Positions 36,374-50,944 of a stretch of 64,000 nt of DNA are shown piece by piece. A program made the translations under genes and the position numbers. Each line of letters begins with the position of its first letter. Position 1 is the first letter of the stretch. The notes beneath the pieces were generated by a model. The model ran no database searches. It was given only the letters and a program-made list of their open reading frames with translations, and had not been told where the DNA came from. The stretch comes from Vermamoeba vermiformis (lineage: Eukaryota), in assembly GCA_045837725.1 (NCBI GenBank), contig JBEWZL010000119.1, positions 1 to 64,000 on the forward strand, written 5' to 3'.

Positions 36374-37834
36374 TCACGCTGTCCATTTCAGGGCCCATTG
36401 TTGTAGTGCAGTGGGTGCGTAGCTGTGCTCGCTGACTGCACGGCGGATCTGACTCGGAAATACCGCTGCTTTGACCGCTTGAAAGGGCTTGGGCACACCA
36501 GTGCGCGAGTGGTGCGTGCGCTTGACGAGTTCGAGATCGATCAGCCGCTCAAATGCTTTGAAACAGACTGACTTCTCGTAGTGAAAGAAAGCAAAGGACG
36601 AATCTGAGCGAATAAAGTCCTTGTACTCTTTGTAGATGAGTTGAAAGTTGTACTCGCGAATGTCACGCTCCTCCAGCTTGTGCATCGTCACCAGCAGCGA
36701 GAGTTCGAGCACGGAGAGACCTTTCATCACTTCCACTTGCGGATCGATGCTCAACATGCGATAGGCGTACTTGACGTCCTCGCTGGTCAAATAGGGATGT
36801 GCGGCACTCAAGCGCGTCACTGCCAGCTCCTAATAAAGGACATGTCAGTGAGTGACACGTGTCAAACCGAGACTCGTACCAACAAGTCCAAGTAGCGTCG
36901 TCTGTCTTTGCTCCAATCAGCCATGCGCGCACACACAGTGCTCAACTCGTCGTGCAGTGCTGTCACGCGCGCATTGAACCCCGTGCAGTACCGATGCATC
37001 GCCCCCTCGCACTCGCGCACTGGCACCTGCAGCACTGCGAGCACATCTTGCAGCAGTGTGCGCTCCTCTGGCCACTCCATCATCACCACACCCTGCGCCA
37101 TACGACTGCGCACACGCTTGTCTAGCGCTGCTTCAGCGACATCGAGTCGCGCGGTGAGTGCCAGCACTGACACGTGACCTGGATGTGTCATCGGCAGTTC
37201 GGCGAGGGCGTAGGCAAGTGACTGATCGCGCGACTTGCCCGTGCCCCAGACCTCCAGCCCTTCAATCACAATGCACACGCGGTGCTTGGTCTCTTTCAGC
37301 GCTTGTTGCAGTCGTTCCAGTGCCGCGGTGAATTCGACCTGCATCCAGCGTCAGCTCCCTTGTTATAGAGTGCACCGAGTACTTACATTGCGATACGATG
37401 CGTGTGTCTCATTCACCACGTCCTCGTCATCAAACGTCGTGTTCAACAGCTCTGCTTCGTGTGCTTGCTCGCCGTACTGACGCAGCAGCGAGTTGACAGC
37501 GCGACTCGGATTCTGAATGAGACTACTGCGCAGTGTGAGTACGTAGAGTGCAGTGCCTGTGCGATAGTGATTGACGCAGTGTTGCACCAGCGATGTTTTG
37601 CCGACTCCTGGAGGACCCACGACGATCGCAGTGCCTCCTTCGTCGATCAGCTTGCTAAATTACCGTGGTCAATAAATAGCATCAATAATGCAATCTCTAT
37701 GGCATTACTGCTTACTTGAGTCGTGAGATGTGATTTTCATCAAAATTTTTGCGATCTGCGCTTGGCGTGCGACGAAATTGACGTTTTAATATAGATACGA
37801 GTTCATTGACTTCATCGTCAGTTGGTGCACTCAT
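36374..37834 (-). CDS. ORC4: Origin recognition complex subunit 4
   Basis: Walker A GPPGVGKT, LDKRVRSR, C-terminal winged helix LSVLELSLL..YNFQLIYKEY..AFERLIDLEL. Confidence 0.8.
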
Positions 37835-38143
37835 TTATGTAGTGAGTTTGCTATTCTTATAATAATGTATTGTTTGGCAGTTGTGTTTGTGTAATTCAAA
37901 TCAAATTAATTTTAAAATTGTGCTTGTAAAAAGGCGGCAAATCGCTATCAATTCTGCGAAGGTTTATTATGCATAGCTGATTACAATGACTATAGCAACT
38001 GTACTCATAATCCATGTCCACAGTCATAGAGAAGTACTCGCATTGTGCAGTACTTCCGATCCAAGCTTCGATCCCGGGATCCCCACTGGGAGGATGCTAT
38101 CTGGCCTATATATAGGTATGCATACTAACACAATCGTATATGT

Positions 38144-40919
38144 CTAATATCGTCTGCCTCGCTGATTAGATCTAAACCGACCGCCACCTCGATCAGATCT
38201 GAATCCACCACCGCGTCTGTTGTTATTGTGGTAGTTGTTACTGTGCCCTCTGAATCTATTATTACCACCGTTGTTGTTGTTGTTGTACTGTCTGTTGTTG
38301 CCGTGCTGTCCCCCGCGGTAGTTGTACTCGCCCTGATAGTCAGTGTGGTACTGATGAGCGCCGCTACTATTGTGGTACTCTGGCTCGTACTGCTGGTACG
38401 TGTGTGGCGCGTTGTACTCGTCGTACTCGCGGTAGTCGTTGTATTCTTCGTACTGCTCCGCGGAATTATTCATGCCCGTGTACGGTACTTGGCCGTGCGG
38501 TGCAGCGGAATAACTCTGCGGGGGATAGCCCCTGTTCTGCGGGGGCGGGACATACGGCGCGGGGTTCGGGTTGAAGGGCGCATTCGGACCTGCACCCGAC
38601 ACAGGTGGCACGAGTGCTTGACCAATCAGATTCGAGAGCAGTGATTGCAACTGCGGGGGCAAGAATGTCGTCGGGTTCGGGGTCAGATTCGGGTTCGGGG
38701 GCTGCAATACATTCGGGGGCTGCACTGCGGGGGCGCGCACATTGTTCGGGACAGGTTTCGGTTCGGGGAGTGGTTGTGCCTTGGGCGCGGGGTGAGATTG
38801 CGGGGGCGGGACGTGAACTTCGGGCACGGGAGTTGCGGAGTGTTTCGGGGTGCGGGGAGGTCGTGCGGGGAGTGCAGCAAGGTCCGTGCGGCGCGTGAGA
38901 AACACACCGAGCAAGAGCTCGTCGGACTGACCAATCAGATGACGGTGAGCGGGCGAGTCAGCCAGGGCCCTGAGCGCGGACTGGATGAATGGCGGGGGCG
39001 AGTGACGCTGCACGGGCACGAGATAGACCTCTTTGAAGAGTTCGGGGTTGAAGGTGTGTTCATCGACGCGTATCACCCCTCCGCGATTGATGGAGGTGAG
39101 GTGCTCGTACATGCGATGATAGTACTCGTCGTAGCCCACTTCGGGCTTGAACAGCAGTGTGGTGCGCTGTCGTGACTGCGAGAGATCGATCTGCGGCAAG
39201 TAGTCCAACAGCTTGTGCAGGTCCATGCGGCCATCGATCATCAGCTCCTCGCCGATCAAGTGCTCCACTTTGGCACCCTCCAAGTGCACTGAGCGCAGCG
39301 CCACATCGGGAATCAGCTTCTGATAGGTCAGCAGACCTTTCCATATTTGGTCAACGTATTCACTCGGCTCCACGTGCTCATCAGCCACCACTGACGCATC
39401 GTCCTCGTCGTTCATGCTCGCATCGGGGTCGTAGAGGTCGGCACTCTGTGGTTCGGGGGCGGGGTTGTGAGCGGGTTCGGGTTCGGGAGGCGGTTCAGTG
39501 AATTCAATGGGCTCGAGCGACTTCTCATCGACCTTGACGTCAATCTCAATGTCGTCCAGGGCAATGTTCGGGCCAGTCACGTGCTCGCTGTCACTGTCGT
39601 CATCCAGGGCCTGATAGGGCGAGCCTGGAGGTGTCTGTTGGGGTGCTGCATCGGTCACGTGATTTTTGCGCTCGGCGGATGAATCACGTGACACAGCATC
39701 ACGTGACAGCTCATCGTGCACCGCAGACTCGCTCCGTTCATCGCGCTTGTCCTCGCTGCTCTTCTCTTCGCCCTCACCTGTCACGTGCTCGTCACTCTTC
39801 TTGCTGTCACTCGTCGCGGTCTCGGCTGGTGGCACCATGCCAGTGGATGTTGTCACCTCGTCGTCAGTGGGCTTGACGGGCAAGTAGTGCTGGTACTTGG
39901 CGCGCAGGTCCTGCAGTGCTTTGGGTGCCCACTGCTCCTCGTCCATGCGCACCAAGGCACTGCCACTCACTGCACCGCGCAACACGTCACTGCACAGCTC
40001 GCTGTTCTTCGGCAGACTCAGCATCAGTGCGCGGAACTTGGACAGGTACTGCGCGCGCGGCACGTGCTCGGCGAGCGTGTCTTCAATCTCGCGCGCAATC
40101 TCCTGCAGTCGCGTGTCACTCGTGTCAGTGTCGGCGAGTTGAGTGTCCGCACTGACGCGCTGCAGCATGGCGACTAGTTTGCTGCGCACACCTTCGCGCT
40201 GTTGCTGCCACTGCGCTTCACTGGTGCCCGAGGAGTGGCGCAGCGGTGGGGGCGAACTGGCACTCTTGTTCGACTTGTCGCTCTTCTTCAGTGCACTGCG
40301 ACCCTCTTTGCTCGTCTTGAGCGCATTCTCTTTGTGCTCGCTGGGCTTGATATCGCTGCTCTTAGTCTCGCTCTTCGCACGCTTCACTTCAGGGCCAGAT
40401 GTGCTGTCCTCTTCGCGCTTTCTCTTGCGCGGCTTGTCGTCCTCATCGCGCGTGTGTGACTGTCGCTGCGTCGTGTTGCTCGTCTTCTGCGTGCCATTGC
40501 GCTTGGGGTGGTGCGTGACGGGGGTCGGAGTGATGCCTAGCCACGCGTCAGTGCTGCACTGGCTGCGATTAGTAAGAGGTACGTACCTGCTTTGAGCTTG
40601 GCCTCGCAGAATGGACAGACCCATCGCTCGACCTCTTTGACCTTGCGTCGCGTGACTTGAATGCACTTGCCGTGGTACCACTCGGTGCAGCGATCGCACT
40701 GGATCATGAATGTACCGTCATCACGTCCGCGACATATGCAGTATTCGTTGTCGTCATATTCGTCGCTGTCAACCTCCGCACCTGCATCGGCCTGAATTTA
40801 AACGCAAAATGTTAATAAATTCCTTTATCGAAGAGCTGATGCGATCTACGCACCTCCGAGGACTCGTCATGCTCGATCTCTTCATCTTTATTATGCAACT
40901 TATCTGCAGTTTCTGACAT
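38144..40919 (-). CDS. PHD - TFIIS central - SPOC protein (BYE1/DIDO1/PHF3-like)
   Basis: YCICRGRDDGTFMIQCDRCTEWYHGKC..WVCPFC; IAREIE..YLSKFRALMLSL..LVRM; IWKGLL..IDGRM..LLDYL..EVYLVP. Confidence 0.85.
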
Positions 40920-41148
40920 AATTGCTGAATTAATTGGTGTTGAATTTCAGTTCGAATATTCTTCGCCTTCTCGCGATCGAATCTGTCTATTGACCGAACT
41001 GAGACAGGTTCAGCTATAATGTATGGATAATTAAATACTGCCACAAAGAACTGTTTGGCTAGTGTTCTCTGGTCGCACACTCAAAATACAGAGCTAGATC
41101 TGCGCGACAAAAAATCATTTTTTATTTATTTTCAAACAAAGTACAACC

Positions 41149-41667
41149 ATGTCTCAACTCACGCGCGGATTAAAGACATTTTGGGAGAGCAACAGAAGCA
41201 AGCTGGAACACTTCTTCAAAGTGAGCTTTGAAATTGGCAAGGGTCAGTTCCCCGAGAAGAAACAATACCGCTATCCAGCCCCTGCGAATCAAGCCTCGCC
41301 GGACTTCACTCTCAACTTCCCCGTCAAGACCGAGACACTTTCGAATCAACGCTACGCTGAGCGCATTCCTCGTCTCGTTGATGAAGCGCACAAGCCCGAG
41401 ACTGAAGCGATCAGCACCGCCAATCCCAACTTGTCCACTGTGCCCGCTGCGCAGCTGGCTGAAGTGATGCACAAACTGCCTTCGAATCCCAAAGTCGATC
41501 CGCGCAATGTTTGGTTGAATATCAATGCTACTCCTCAACGCAACTTGCACTTCTCACGCGTGACATTTGAAGAGTTAGATGTAGCTCGATTCCACGGCTT
41601 AGATCCAGCAGTTGAACAGCAATTAGTCAAGGAAGTCACTGAAGAGAAGCGAGAGATGATGCATTAA
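41149..41667 (+). CDS. Small intronless protein, weakly reminiscent of complex I accessory subunit NUZM/NDUFA7
   Basis: 172-aa ORF with host-like codon usage; YRYPAP motif only, product uncertain. Confidence 0.4.
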   Translation: MSQLTRGLKTFWESNRSKLEHFFKVSFEIGKGQFPEKKQYRYPAPANQASPDFTLNFPVKTETLSNQRYAERIPRLVDEAHKPETEAISTANPNLSTVPAAQLAEVMHKLPSNPKVDPRNVWLNINATPQRNLHFSRVTFEELDVARFHGLDPAVEQQLVKEVTEEKREMMH

Positions 41668-41986
41668 TTCAAATAATGATTATTATTAATAATTATTACA
41701 AAATACCAATTAATTCAATATTTATCACAGAACAGCTCAATATTAATTAATAATACTCAAGTTATTAATGCGATAATTAGCTGCGCCGTTTATTCACGTC
41801 GTATTATATATTTTCCAATAATAACTATGCATATTGTATGACGCGAACTGTACAAAAATTAAACCCCCTTTAACCCACACCAATACAACTCCTAATGCTA
41901 TAATATTCAGCGGTTTAATTTACAAGTGTTTCTGCGTACTGGTCGCAGAAAGAGAATGTACAAATAAGGAAATATTCTTCAGTGAA

Positions 41987-44900
41987 TTACGATTGTTGTT
42001 CAGCGCGCAACAGATCGCATCTATCGCGCACTTGTTTGTTGAGATCAGCGTAGCACTTCTCCACCATCTCTTGGAACTTCTTCTGCTGCTGGTTGTCCAC
42101 GATCAGCGAGTTGTTGAACTTGATCGCAAATCCAGCTTGACGCACAAAGGACTCCATGGCACTCATTAAGCGCAGTACATGACGTCGCTCGTACATGGTG
42201 TTCTTAATCGCGCCAGGACAGAGGAATATGTCGAGTATCTTGAGGGGTCCAGCATTCACCATCGGCACGACGCTGCCTTGAATCACCTGCTGCAGCGTGA
42301 CAATACGCGTCGGATAATTATGCAGCTCTTCAGTCAGCTTGCCAGTCTGACGCACAATCAGCTCAATGGCGTTCTCAATCGGCGACAAGATGACCGTCTC
42401 CTTGCTGATCACCTCCACTCGGTTCTTCAAGTAGGGGAATATAGCGCGCGTGGTGAATATCGTCTTCTTCTTCTTCTGCAGCGAGAGGTCGTCAGTCTGT
42501 GACTTGCCGGCATCGGTGAAGCCTGTCTCGAACAGGAACTTGTCTGGCGGTGCAGCGGTCAGTATTGGGTACTCGGTGCGGATGTGGTTGTCTACTTACT
42601 GATATTGAAGTTCTGTTCGGTGCGCGTCACTCGCTCTTCTGCTTCTTCGTGCGTAAAGTGCGGGGAGACAGATCCGACTTGGATGTACACTTTGCTCGGA
42701 TCCAGCTTGAGATTTGGATTGTAATCGCGCGCACCAGTGCCAGGATTGACAATATAAATGTCTTCATTCGTGGTGAGCACTTCTACCTTGTCACCAAACT
42801 GTTTGTTGTACTGATCCAGCAAATACTTCTTGAAGTTGGGCAAATTGAACTTGGTACTCTTTTTGTATATGAACTCGCGACCATTCATCTCTGCCCAACC
42901 AGTGCCGTAGAATCCCACGCGATAATAGACGGGATAAGCGCGCTCAGGCGGATCTTTGTCGTTGTTGAGTCGCACGCAGAGACTCTTGTAGCGATCCAAG
43001 TTCTGAATCACTTCGAGGTACTTGATCTTGCGCTGCGCCTTGTAGATGAGTCCGAGCAGCGTGTAGACCTCGATGCAGCACTCGTACTTGGTCGCGGTGT
43101 CGAACAGTTCAATGGCCTCGCGCAGGGTGTGGATCAGCTTCTTAATGTTCCAATTGTCGCTTTGCACGAGCTGATTGGCCGCTTGACTAGTCTGCTCCTC
43201 GTGCTCGAACAGCTTCTGCTCCTCGCCAATGAAGGGTGAGATGAAGGGGAAGTAGCACCAGTCCGCAGACATCTTGTTCAAGAAGTAGTGCTGCGAGCTC
43301 AAGTACTGCGCCACTAGCGACGCAATCTGCATCTTGCACTGCGCGGCCTCCTCCCAGTTCTCTTGCGTGCGGTGGTACTGCGCCAAGTTGTCGAGCCAGG
43401 CCAGTCTGAGGTCCGGTGTGGCCGTGAATCCCGTGCTGATCATGTAGTAGAGGTCTTGCGTCATCTCTTGGTCGTGACTCGAGTGCTCGATCTGCGTGTT
43501 GTACGAGATGAGATTGAACACGCGCGTCATCATGTCGTCCACGCCCTGCGTCAGCTTGGTGTTGGCTGCATCGCGTTCATGAAACAGATTCTTGATGTTC
43601 GTCAAGCTGTTCTGCAACATGTCCAGCTCCTTGTTCTTCTTGTTGCCCTTGCCCACAATCTTCGATATCGCCACCGTCGCGGCGTTGTGCGTGCGCGTCA
43701 AGTCGTTGGTCACTTGATAATTTTTCTGCAAACAACGCGTTCAGTGAAAAGCTGTCACAGTGACAGGTGGCAATGCGACACTTACCGAGATGGCGAGATA
43801 GAGCAGGGCAGCAGCACGTGCGCGGATGGTGGGATCGAAGTGATTGCACTGTCGCATCAGCTCGTAGATGAGTGTCTCGACGAATTCTGACTGCACATCT
43901 GCAAAGATTGGTCTGGGACACGTGTGCAGCAACAAGCGCAGTGTGGCGAACAGGACCGAGAGCATGTTGCTGGTGGTGTCGAGCTGTTCCTCGCCCTTGT
44001 GGAAGATGCGCTGCAGGGTGAAAGTGATGCGCTTGAGCAGTGCACTGGCCTCGTCCTTGTCCTCCGCACTGCCGTAGTGCTGCAAGTAGTGCGCGATCAG
44101 ATCCAGCGCCACGAGGTCAATCTGTCTGCTCAGTCCGCCCTTGACAAAGGTTTTCACGGACAGATCGATCAGCGCGAACAGATTCAGACAGCGCTTGTGT
44201 GGCTCGAGTGTCAGCCAGCTGTGCACTGCAGTGCGCGGAGTGTTCTTGAGCACGTACATGAAGCACACGAGCCACTCTTCGAGCTCAATCTCGGGCAGCG
44301 AGGACAGCATGCCGTTGTGATCTTCCAGCAGCTGTGCGGAGGTTAGTCAGCAAGCAGATACGCACCCTATGAGGTCACACTACGCACCGTGAGCATGTAC
44401 GGGAAGTACAGGGCAGCAATGCGCTCTTGACAGACGCGATTGCGATAGCGCAGATCTGACTCGTGTTTGACGAGCAGGGCACGCAGCACAATCATGAGCT
44501 GAGTGCGCAACAGGGCATCGCTCTTGGGGTCGTTGATTGCGAGCTGAAAGTAGTGGCCCACCTCATCGAGAATCATACCTGCCAGCACGTGACGGTCTTT
44601 GATGGCACGACCCAGCTGCGCGAGCTCGGTGTCCGTGACGGTGCTGAACTGTGCGGGGGGCAAGTTGAGCGGAATGTAGTGCTCGTACTGCGAGAGGATC
44701 TTGAGGAACAGGAACTTGAAGGTCTGGAACAGCGGCGAGGTCGCGTGTTGTCGCTTCATGTGCTCCATGTAGCGCCAGATCTGTGCGCGGAGTGAGTGCT
44801 GGATTATGATTATTACGATCGATAATACACTTACAATCGAGAACACAATGCCGCGGTCCAAGAAGGCGAACAAGTCCTTGAGGAACAGTGCCATCGATGA

Positions 44901-47900
44901 GATGTAGTCCACACCACCAGGATCGCGTTCACAGAGCAGATGATTCATCAGCGCATTCACGCCGTGCACGTACTCGTCGCTGAATCTCTTGCGTCTGTCG
45001 CGCTCGAGCGGTGCAGTGCTGGTGAGCTTGAGGGCCATGGACTTGACGATGAGCCCGAACAAGAACCAGTGCATGTCGAAGTTGGTCACGGTGGCATTCT
45101 TCTCGGGCAACAGTGCCACGTAGTGCTTCACGATGGCCTCGTAGGGAGTGTGCGTCACACTGCTGTTCAGCGCGGGGTTGTCGAACACGTAGTTCATGTA
45201 GGAGCGCAGCAGCGGACTGTACTTGCCCATGTTGGACACGTTGTTCACCGTCTTGATCACGTGCAGCAGCGCCAAGAACGCCTCTTTGCCCGTGCGCGGA
45301 TCATTGCCGCACATGAGCTTGATGAGGATGTTCAGCACCAGCGGGAAGTGGCGCAACAGCTCGAAGCCATCCGCGAGCTGCACAGCCTTGACAGCAGGGA
45401 TGAGCGAGAGATAGAGCGAGGGGTTCAGCGTGCTGCTGTCTTGCTGGGCCTGCGAGTACTCGTGCAGCAGATTGCTGATCTGCACGTCTTGCGAGTAGAG
45501 CGAGGAGACGAGCTTCAAGCGCACATTGAACACGCGCTTCTGTGCCTCGAGCCACTTGATGTGCTGCTGCTGCTCGGGCTCCAAGTAGTTGTTGGGCAGT
45601 TCTGCAGCGAGCATGAGCGACTGTTCCTCTTCGAGCACCACTCTGCCCTCGTGCGTGAGTGGCAGAATGGCGTATCCGACAATGGTGCGCTTGTACTTCT
45701 TGGGGTCAATGGCGTAGAGGATGAACAGCAAGTGCAGCTTGGGCGTGGTGAGCACGGGGGGCAGACACAGCTTGATCTCGTCGTGGAACTCTGGCCGCTT
45801 GTCCACCACTTGAATGGTGGTCAGTCCTTGCGTCACGTGCTGCGAGTACGAGGTGAGGGTGGGGGCAGCAGGGACGGGCACGGACACGGTGGGCGGGGCT
45901 GTGTTGCTCGCGATAGGTGGAGGCGGGGGTGGCAGTGTGCTGGGCGGGGGCGGCAGTGCGAGGACCGTGTCGCTGCTCTCGACGTCGTAGTTGGTGTCGC
46001 GATCACGCAGCTTGACCGCGAGCTGAATCTGTCCCACCTTGCCGAGTGACTTGGCGCCAGTGATGTGCTGCGGATAGACGAACAGCTGGTGCGTGTACGA
46101 GAGCAGCACGTCTTTGTTCTGCGGCGTGAGATCTTGCACTTCACGCGTCAGCATGCCCGCAGCAGTGGGGACAGGAGGTGGGGGTGGGATGGGCGGCTGC
46201 ACGGTGAGGGTCGGTGCGACGTTGGGCGGATTCAATCTGCCCGAGGAATTGCCGCGCGGCACCACAGAGTTCTGCGGCGTGTTGAGATGTGGCTCGCTGA
46301 GTGCTTTGGTCTCGTCCACACTCAGTCGGTAGCGCGGACCAGGAGCAATGTTCATCGACTGTTGCGCTGCACTGCCGAGCTGAGTGCGCAGTGGCACGCC
46401 GCAGGGCGAGTAACAGCCTGGTGGACGCGTGTCTGGGTCCGTGTGACGCGTGACTTTGAGCGTGAGAGTGCCGGGCATGGTCTTGATCTTCTTGAGCTCC
46501 TTGTCATTCGACAGCACTTCGTACAGTGTCGCGTCGTCAGGGGCACTCTTCACGGGCGCGAGATTGGTGATGGCCGAGGGCAGCGTGCCGTGCACTGACA
46601 CGAGTGCAGGACTGTGCGTGAGCGAGACGGCGGGCAGTGGCACGGGATCGCTGTGTGCGAGCTGACCAATCACACCGGGACTGAGACTGGAGCCCGCGCC
46701 AGTGAACAGCTGCACTGCACCCCAACACCAGGGTGTTCGGAAGGTGTCGAAGATGGAGCCAGACATGGTCTGACTGCCGCCCTGTGAGCCACTGTCGTCG
46801 GAATTGGCGCCCTTGCTGCCGTGCTTGTCTTTCTTGTCTTTCTTCTTCTTCTCGTCGCTCGGTGTCACACTGCCACTCTTCTTCTTCTTGGCGAACATGC
46901 CCATGAATCCGCCGCTCTTGATCTTCTCTTCGTCCTGCAGCACGCGATTGATGCGCAGCACGAGATAGATGTGCTCATTCACCTCGCCGCTGATGCTGAA
47001 CAGACAGCGTCGTGCGAACAGTGACAGGTCGTTGGCGGGACAGTTGTCCTCGCGCGAGAACAGTCCGCGCAGTGCGAGTGGTGTGACTTCAAAGTGAAAG
47101 TCCTCGCTCACTCTGCGCCGCTTGGCAATGTCGTGAATGGACAGCGTGCAGAACACGGGCTCGTCTTTGATGCCCGCACCCTGCAGCTCACCAATCTCCA
47201 CCAGCAGCTCGGTCTTGTTCAGGCTGCGAGCGGTGGTTAGTCGAGTCTATTTATAGCGCAGTACATCACGTGACTCACCCTGCCGAGCTGAATGGACGCT
47301 TGATGAGCACGCGATTGAAGTCCGTGATCTCTTGCACGCCCAGCTTCTTGGTGCTCGTGTCGTACTCGCTGAACAGATCGCTCATTTGCATCCACTGCAA
47401 ACATGTCAGTACCTTGCCGCTGACACCTGTCAAACACACTTACGCGTTGTTTCTCATCACGTGACACATCCTCAGCGCTGTACGGGCCCAGCAGTGACGC
47501 GTCCAATTGTCCCGCGCTGTCACCACGTGTCACATCGTCATTGCGGCGCGGAGTTTTGGGTCGGTCCCAGACAGGCTGACATCGATCGACACCAAAGCCG
47601 TACTCCGCGTCTTTGAAGTGCAGCACTTTGTAGTGTGCTTGCTTGCTCAGCGCAGCACTCTCGCGCACCGAGCCGGGCAATTGATCTGAGGTCTGTAACG
47701 AGGTCTGAGGGAGGTGTTAGTGGCACTGTGGCTAGACGTCACGACAGCGATATGATTGGTCAATTATCACGTGATAAATGCGCAGATAATTTTAAAAAAA
47801 AATTAAATGACGATTCACGTTTGATTGATATACCAAGTGAATGAGAAATGAATTCGCTTGGTGACAATTTGCATAAATAACACTGAGAAATGTCAATCGA

Positions 47901-48442
47901 ATAAGATTAATCGTAATTCGTGCGCAACAAAAGTGTTTACTCACGGGGAGCGGATTAATTTCTTCTCGGGAGATCCGTTCTTCTTTGACTATTTCGATAT
48001 CATCAGGAAATATGACTAACTCTGGTTGTGGGTCTTTTTGACTTTCAATGTTTGCAACTGTCTCCTCGTAGTTGTTGTAAAAAGTGCGTGCATATTTAAC
48101 CATAAACGATCCTGCTCCAACTTTGGCGTGGCTCAAATTTTTGGCCGAGACACGCTTTTTAAATCCACTAGCTCTATGTCTAGACGTGGAACGAGTCGTA
48201 CCAGACTAAGAATAAAATTAATTATTATTATTACCTTTTTTTTTTCAATTTTCCACCGTTGAGGGGGAGTAAATTTGTATTTCTGTACATACTACAACAT
48301 CGGTGTCTTCTGATGTTTCGACGCTCTCTTCAGCTGTATCTAAGTGCGATGTCGGTGTTGGTGTCGTCGAAAGTGGTGCTGAATCACTGTTGGCAGTTGA
48401 TTCGAGGTCACTCGTAAGCGGGCTACTATTTTGGTGACTCAT
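41987..48442 (-). CDS. DOCK-family (Zizimin-like, DOCK-C/D) Rho GEF
   Basis: DHR-1 C2 YTHQLFVYP..PEFHDEIK..HLLF; DHR-2 PDLRLAWLDNLA..YYRVGFYG..REFIY..LSPIENAIE..LQQVIQGSV..VNAGP. Confidence 0.9.
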
Positions 48443-48664
48443 TTAGTAGCCCATTTGATTTTACAATCTGCGCGTGTAGTGTACAATCGATTCTTCTTAA
48501 AACCACCAGCGGCGCACGAGAAATTGAATGCACACTAAGATTCGTGACTTAACTGCCGAACCAGAGCGTGACTTAACTGTTGCGCGCCTTCCGACCGTTG
48601 GAGCAGAATTCAAATTTTTTGGTTCGATATTCATAGCCAAAAGTAATATAACTATCAAGACCAA

Positions 48665-50688
48665 ATGTCGTTCAGTGTTTATATTGACGACAAAGAGAAT
48701 CTTGTCAATTCACCCGGACCACTAGCTCCACGCAGCCCCACTAAATTTCGAGCAGATGTATCACCAAAGAAGAAGCTTTTTTTCTCACCTAGTAACAGTG
48801 GATTATCACCGCTACTCCCTACTAAGAAGAGAGCGCTGTCTCCTCATATCAAGAGCCCGATCAACAGAACTCTTAGTCCTTCCAAAGTTTATCGCTCTAC
48901 AACTCCCGTGAAACGAACACTTGAGGTAGCTTCACCTAATAAGAGCGCTAGTGTCATAGCAGAACATGTTCCCACGAACAATCAAGATGAATCCATTATT
49001 TCAGAGTATTCCTATACCTCATTGTACGATAGATATGGCTTTCTAGTATCTGATCAGCGATGTACCGAGCTGCAGTAAGTAATACATCACTATAGTAGCG
49101 AATTGGTGCCTAATTAATCGAAATTTCTAGCAGCCCAGCAACTGAGCACGACGAAATGTTCTGGCGCGAGATGCTTAACAATTGGGACGTGTACTGGCGA
49201 GCACCGGTACCTGGACCTGCATTGCAGAACAACACGTTCTTTGGTGCACTTTGTAGCAGTCCAATTCCGGATCAATTGCGTCTAACCGTTTGGCAAAAGA
49301 TATTGAACACTGCGCAAGTACAGCAAAACATCGCGCAAAAATTGAACAAAGCAGTAAATGAGTCATACGCACATCTAGTAGCTCTTCCCGAGAATGAATG
49401 GTGCAATCAAATTCGTCTGGATCTGCATCGTACCTTTGCTACACATCGATTGTTTTTACAAGAGATCGGGTAAGTACACTGACATGCCATCCTACATAGT
49501 ATTCTAAACAATATCTAGGCAAGAGAAGATGTATCGTATTCTCAAAGCCTATTCAGAGTGGAACACTTCGCTCGGCTATTGTCAGGTGCGTAATGCAGTC
49601 CAGTGCAGAGTGTGTAGCTGATTGGTCAATCAATAGGGTCTTTCATTTATAGTCGCAGGCCTGATGGTTGCACTCACTCTCGACGAAGAAACACTCTTCT
49701 ACGTGCTGGTGGCACTGCTCGATCAGTTGGATCTCAACAAGTACTTTGAACCTGGCATGCAAGCCCTGGTAGATGACACGCGCAAGCTGTCGCGCATATT
49801 TGAAGTGACCAATCCGGAGCTGGCCCAATCGATTCGCGAGCAAGGAGTAGATATGATCATGTTCACTTCGCGCTGGTACTTGACGCTGTTCACTGACCTG
49901 CCCGAGTGGAGTCACGTGCTGCGCTTGTGGGATGTGATCGTCTATCTGTAAGTCATTCGCTCGCATCGTTATTGTACCGATTCATCGTGTGACTGATCCT
50001 TCGTGCGCGCAGAGGTGTACCAGCAGTGAACGGCATTGCACTCGCCATGCTGCAGCTCAGTCAACGCGAGCTCGTGTCACGTGATTCGATTGAACTCACC
50101 GTGCCGTTCTTGCTCAATCTGCAGTCCTCCAATCTCAAGTTCGACAAGATTGCTGCACTGCTCGCTTCATATGATCTCCCCGCACTCGAAGCTCAAGCAT
50201 TGACACGTGTCAATCCCCCACCTCAACGCAAACGCAAAGCCAGTGAAATTTCCAAAGACACGCCGCGCCCTCGAGGACGTGCAGCCAGCGTCCAATCACG
50301 TGACACGCCGCGTCCACTGAACAAGTCGAGTGGTGGGCTGTTCGATCGCTTGGAACTGTTTTGGGACCGACTCACCACGCCGAACAAGCGCCGTCGATTG
50401 ACGAGCAGCGAGGGCAGCAAGGACTACGCGCGCTTGGACAGCACTCCTGCACGTGCTCGCAACGACTTGAGTGTCAACAACACCCCAGCACGTGATCACG
50501 TGACATTTGATCAGGAAGAGCGTCAGGCACTCATCTCATTCACCACGCCGCAGAAACGTCGCGATGAACAGCAGATGCGCAGTGCACACAAGACGAGTGC
50601 GCGCAAGTCACGTGACACACCGCAGCATTCAGAGAACGACAGTCCCGTGCGACCTGCACTCGAAATGAAGAGCTTCACGCGACTGTGA
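48665..50688 (+). CDS. TBC-domain Rab GTPase-activating protein
   Basis: YDRYGF, IPDQLR..W, QIRLDLHRTF, GYCQG (intron-split), FTSRWYLTLF..LRLWD. Confidence 0.9.
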
Positions 50689-50944
50689 AGAATTGCGGTT
50701 ATTTTTGGACATTTCTATTTATAGTCATCTCATGTGACAGCTCAATCAAGTTTGCAGCTGTTATCATCGAGGTCCATTGTATTATAGTCACTGAGTGTAT
50801 TGTTGTATTAAAAAAATTGATTTCTGCACGGTATAGTGCCACACGACAGATTTCCTAATATAGAAAGTGCGCGCATTCAGTGACTGACATTCAGTGAAAG
50901 GAATTATATTACAAGAGAGGGTGACATTACACTGCACAGCGCGA

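Noticed and set aside
38050-38110. tRNA-like T-arm on the minus strand (CCCGGGATCGAAGCTTGG)
   Set aside because: No convincing acceptor stem or D-arm could be folded
44940-46049. 369-aa plus-strand ORF and many similar overlapping ORFs in GC-rich genes
   Set aside because: Antisense to well-supported genes (DOCK, AAA, RPA2); expected from high GC3 codon bias
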